Positions 63,929-64,000 of a stretch of 64,000 bases of DNA are shown piece by piece. The notes beneath the pieces are model-generated. The model was not told where the DNA came from and did no database searches. It saw only the letters and a list, made by a program, of their open reading frames with translations. The stretch lies in assembly GCF_009914755.1 (NCBI RefSeq), contig NC_060936.1. One strand, given 5' to 3'. The stretch is from the human T2T-CHM13v2.0 reference genome, Homo sapiens. The translations under genes and the position numbers were made by a program. Positions within the stretch are counted from its first letter, which is position 1; each line of letters starts with the position of its first letter.

Positions 63929-64000
63929 GGTTGGTCCAAAAGTAGTGCGTTATCTCAATTGATTGTTCAAGGTCAGTTACAGATCAAAGTCCTCGTTCTT
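63929..64000 (+). pseudogene. Y1 RNA (RNY1-like) pseudogene, runs off the window end
   Basis: GGTTGGTCCAAAAGTAGTGCGTTATCTCAATTGATTGTTCAAGGTCAGTTACAGATC matches the hY1 5' part with about 10 mismatches in 72 nt. Confidence 0.92.

Overview
This is primate (human-like) genomic DNA, very rich in Alu elements. It contains one protein-coding gene, the intron-containing RAN GTPase on the + strand: CpG-island promoter at about 28.65-29.85 kb, non-coding exon 1, six coding exons at 29692-33024 that splice with GT-AG ends into the canonical 216-aa protein, and three AATAAA signals in a repeat-free 3' UTR. From recall this is the 12q24.33 locus; that was not verified. The rest is intergenic: dozens of Alus, solo LTRs (MER50-, MER4-, LTR10-, THE1-, MLT-like), old L1/MIR fragments, U6 and Y1 RNA pseudogenes, microsatellites and three GC-rich minisatellites. 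Almost all ORFs in the supplied track are Alu or repeat artefacts. I see no new multi-gene system. The best leads are: (1) a perfect-Kozak ATG in RAN intron 1, in frame with RAN, that would add a 20-aa N-terminal extension starting Met-Gly-Cys; (2) a ~1.5 kb AT-rich quasi-palindrome bounded by an inverted-duplicated Alu arm; (3) an LTR10-like solo LTR with an AP-1 site array 15 kb upstream of RAN; (4) a 42-bp VNTR apparently amplified from the head of a MIR; (5) several rearrangement scars (U6/Alu composite, L1 inversion, fused inverted Alus). Repeat subfamily names come from remembered consensus sequences and need RepeatMasker/Dfam confirmation.
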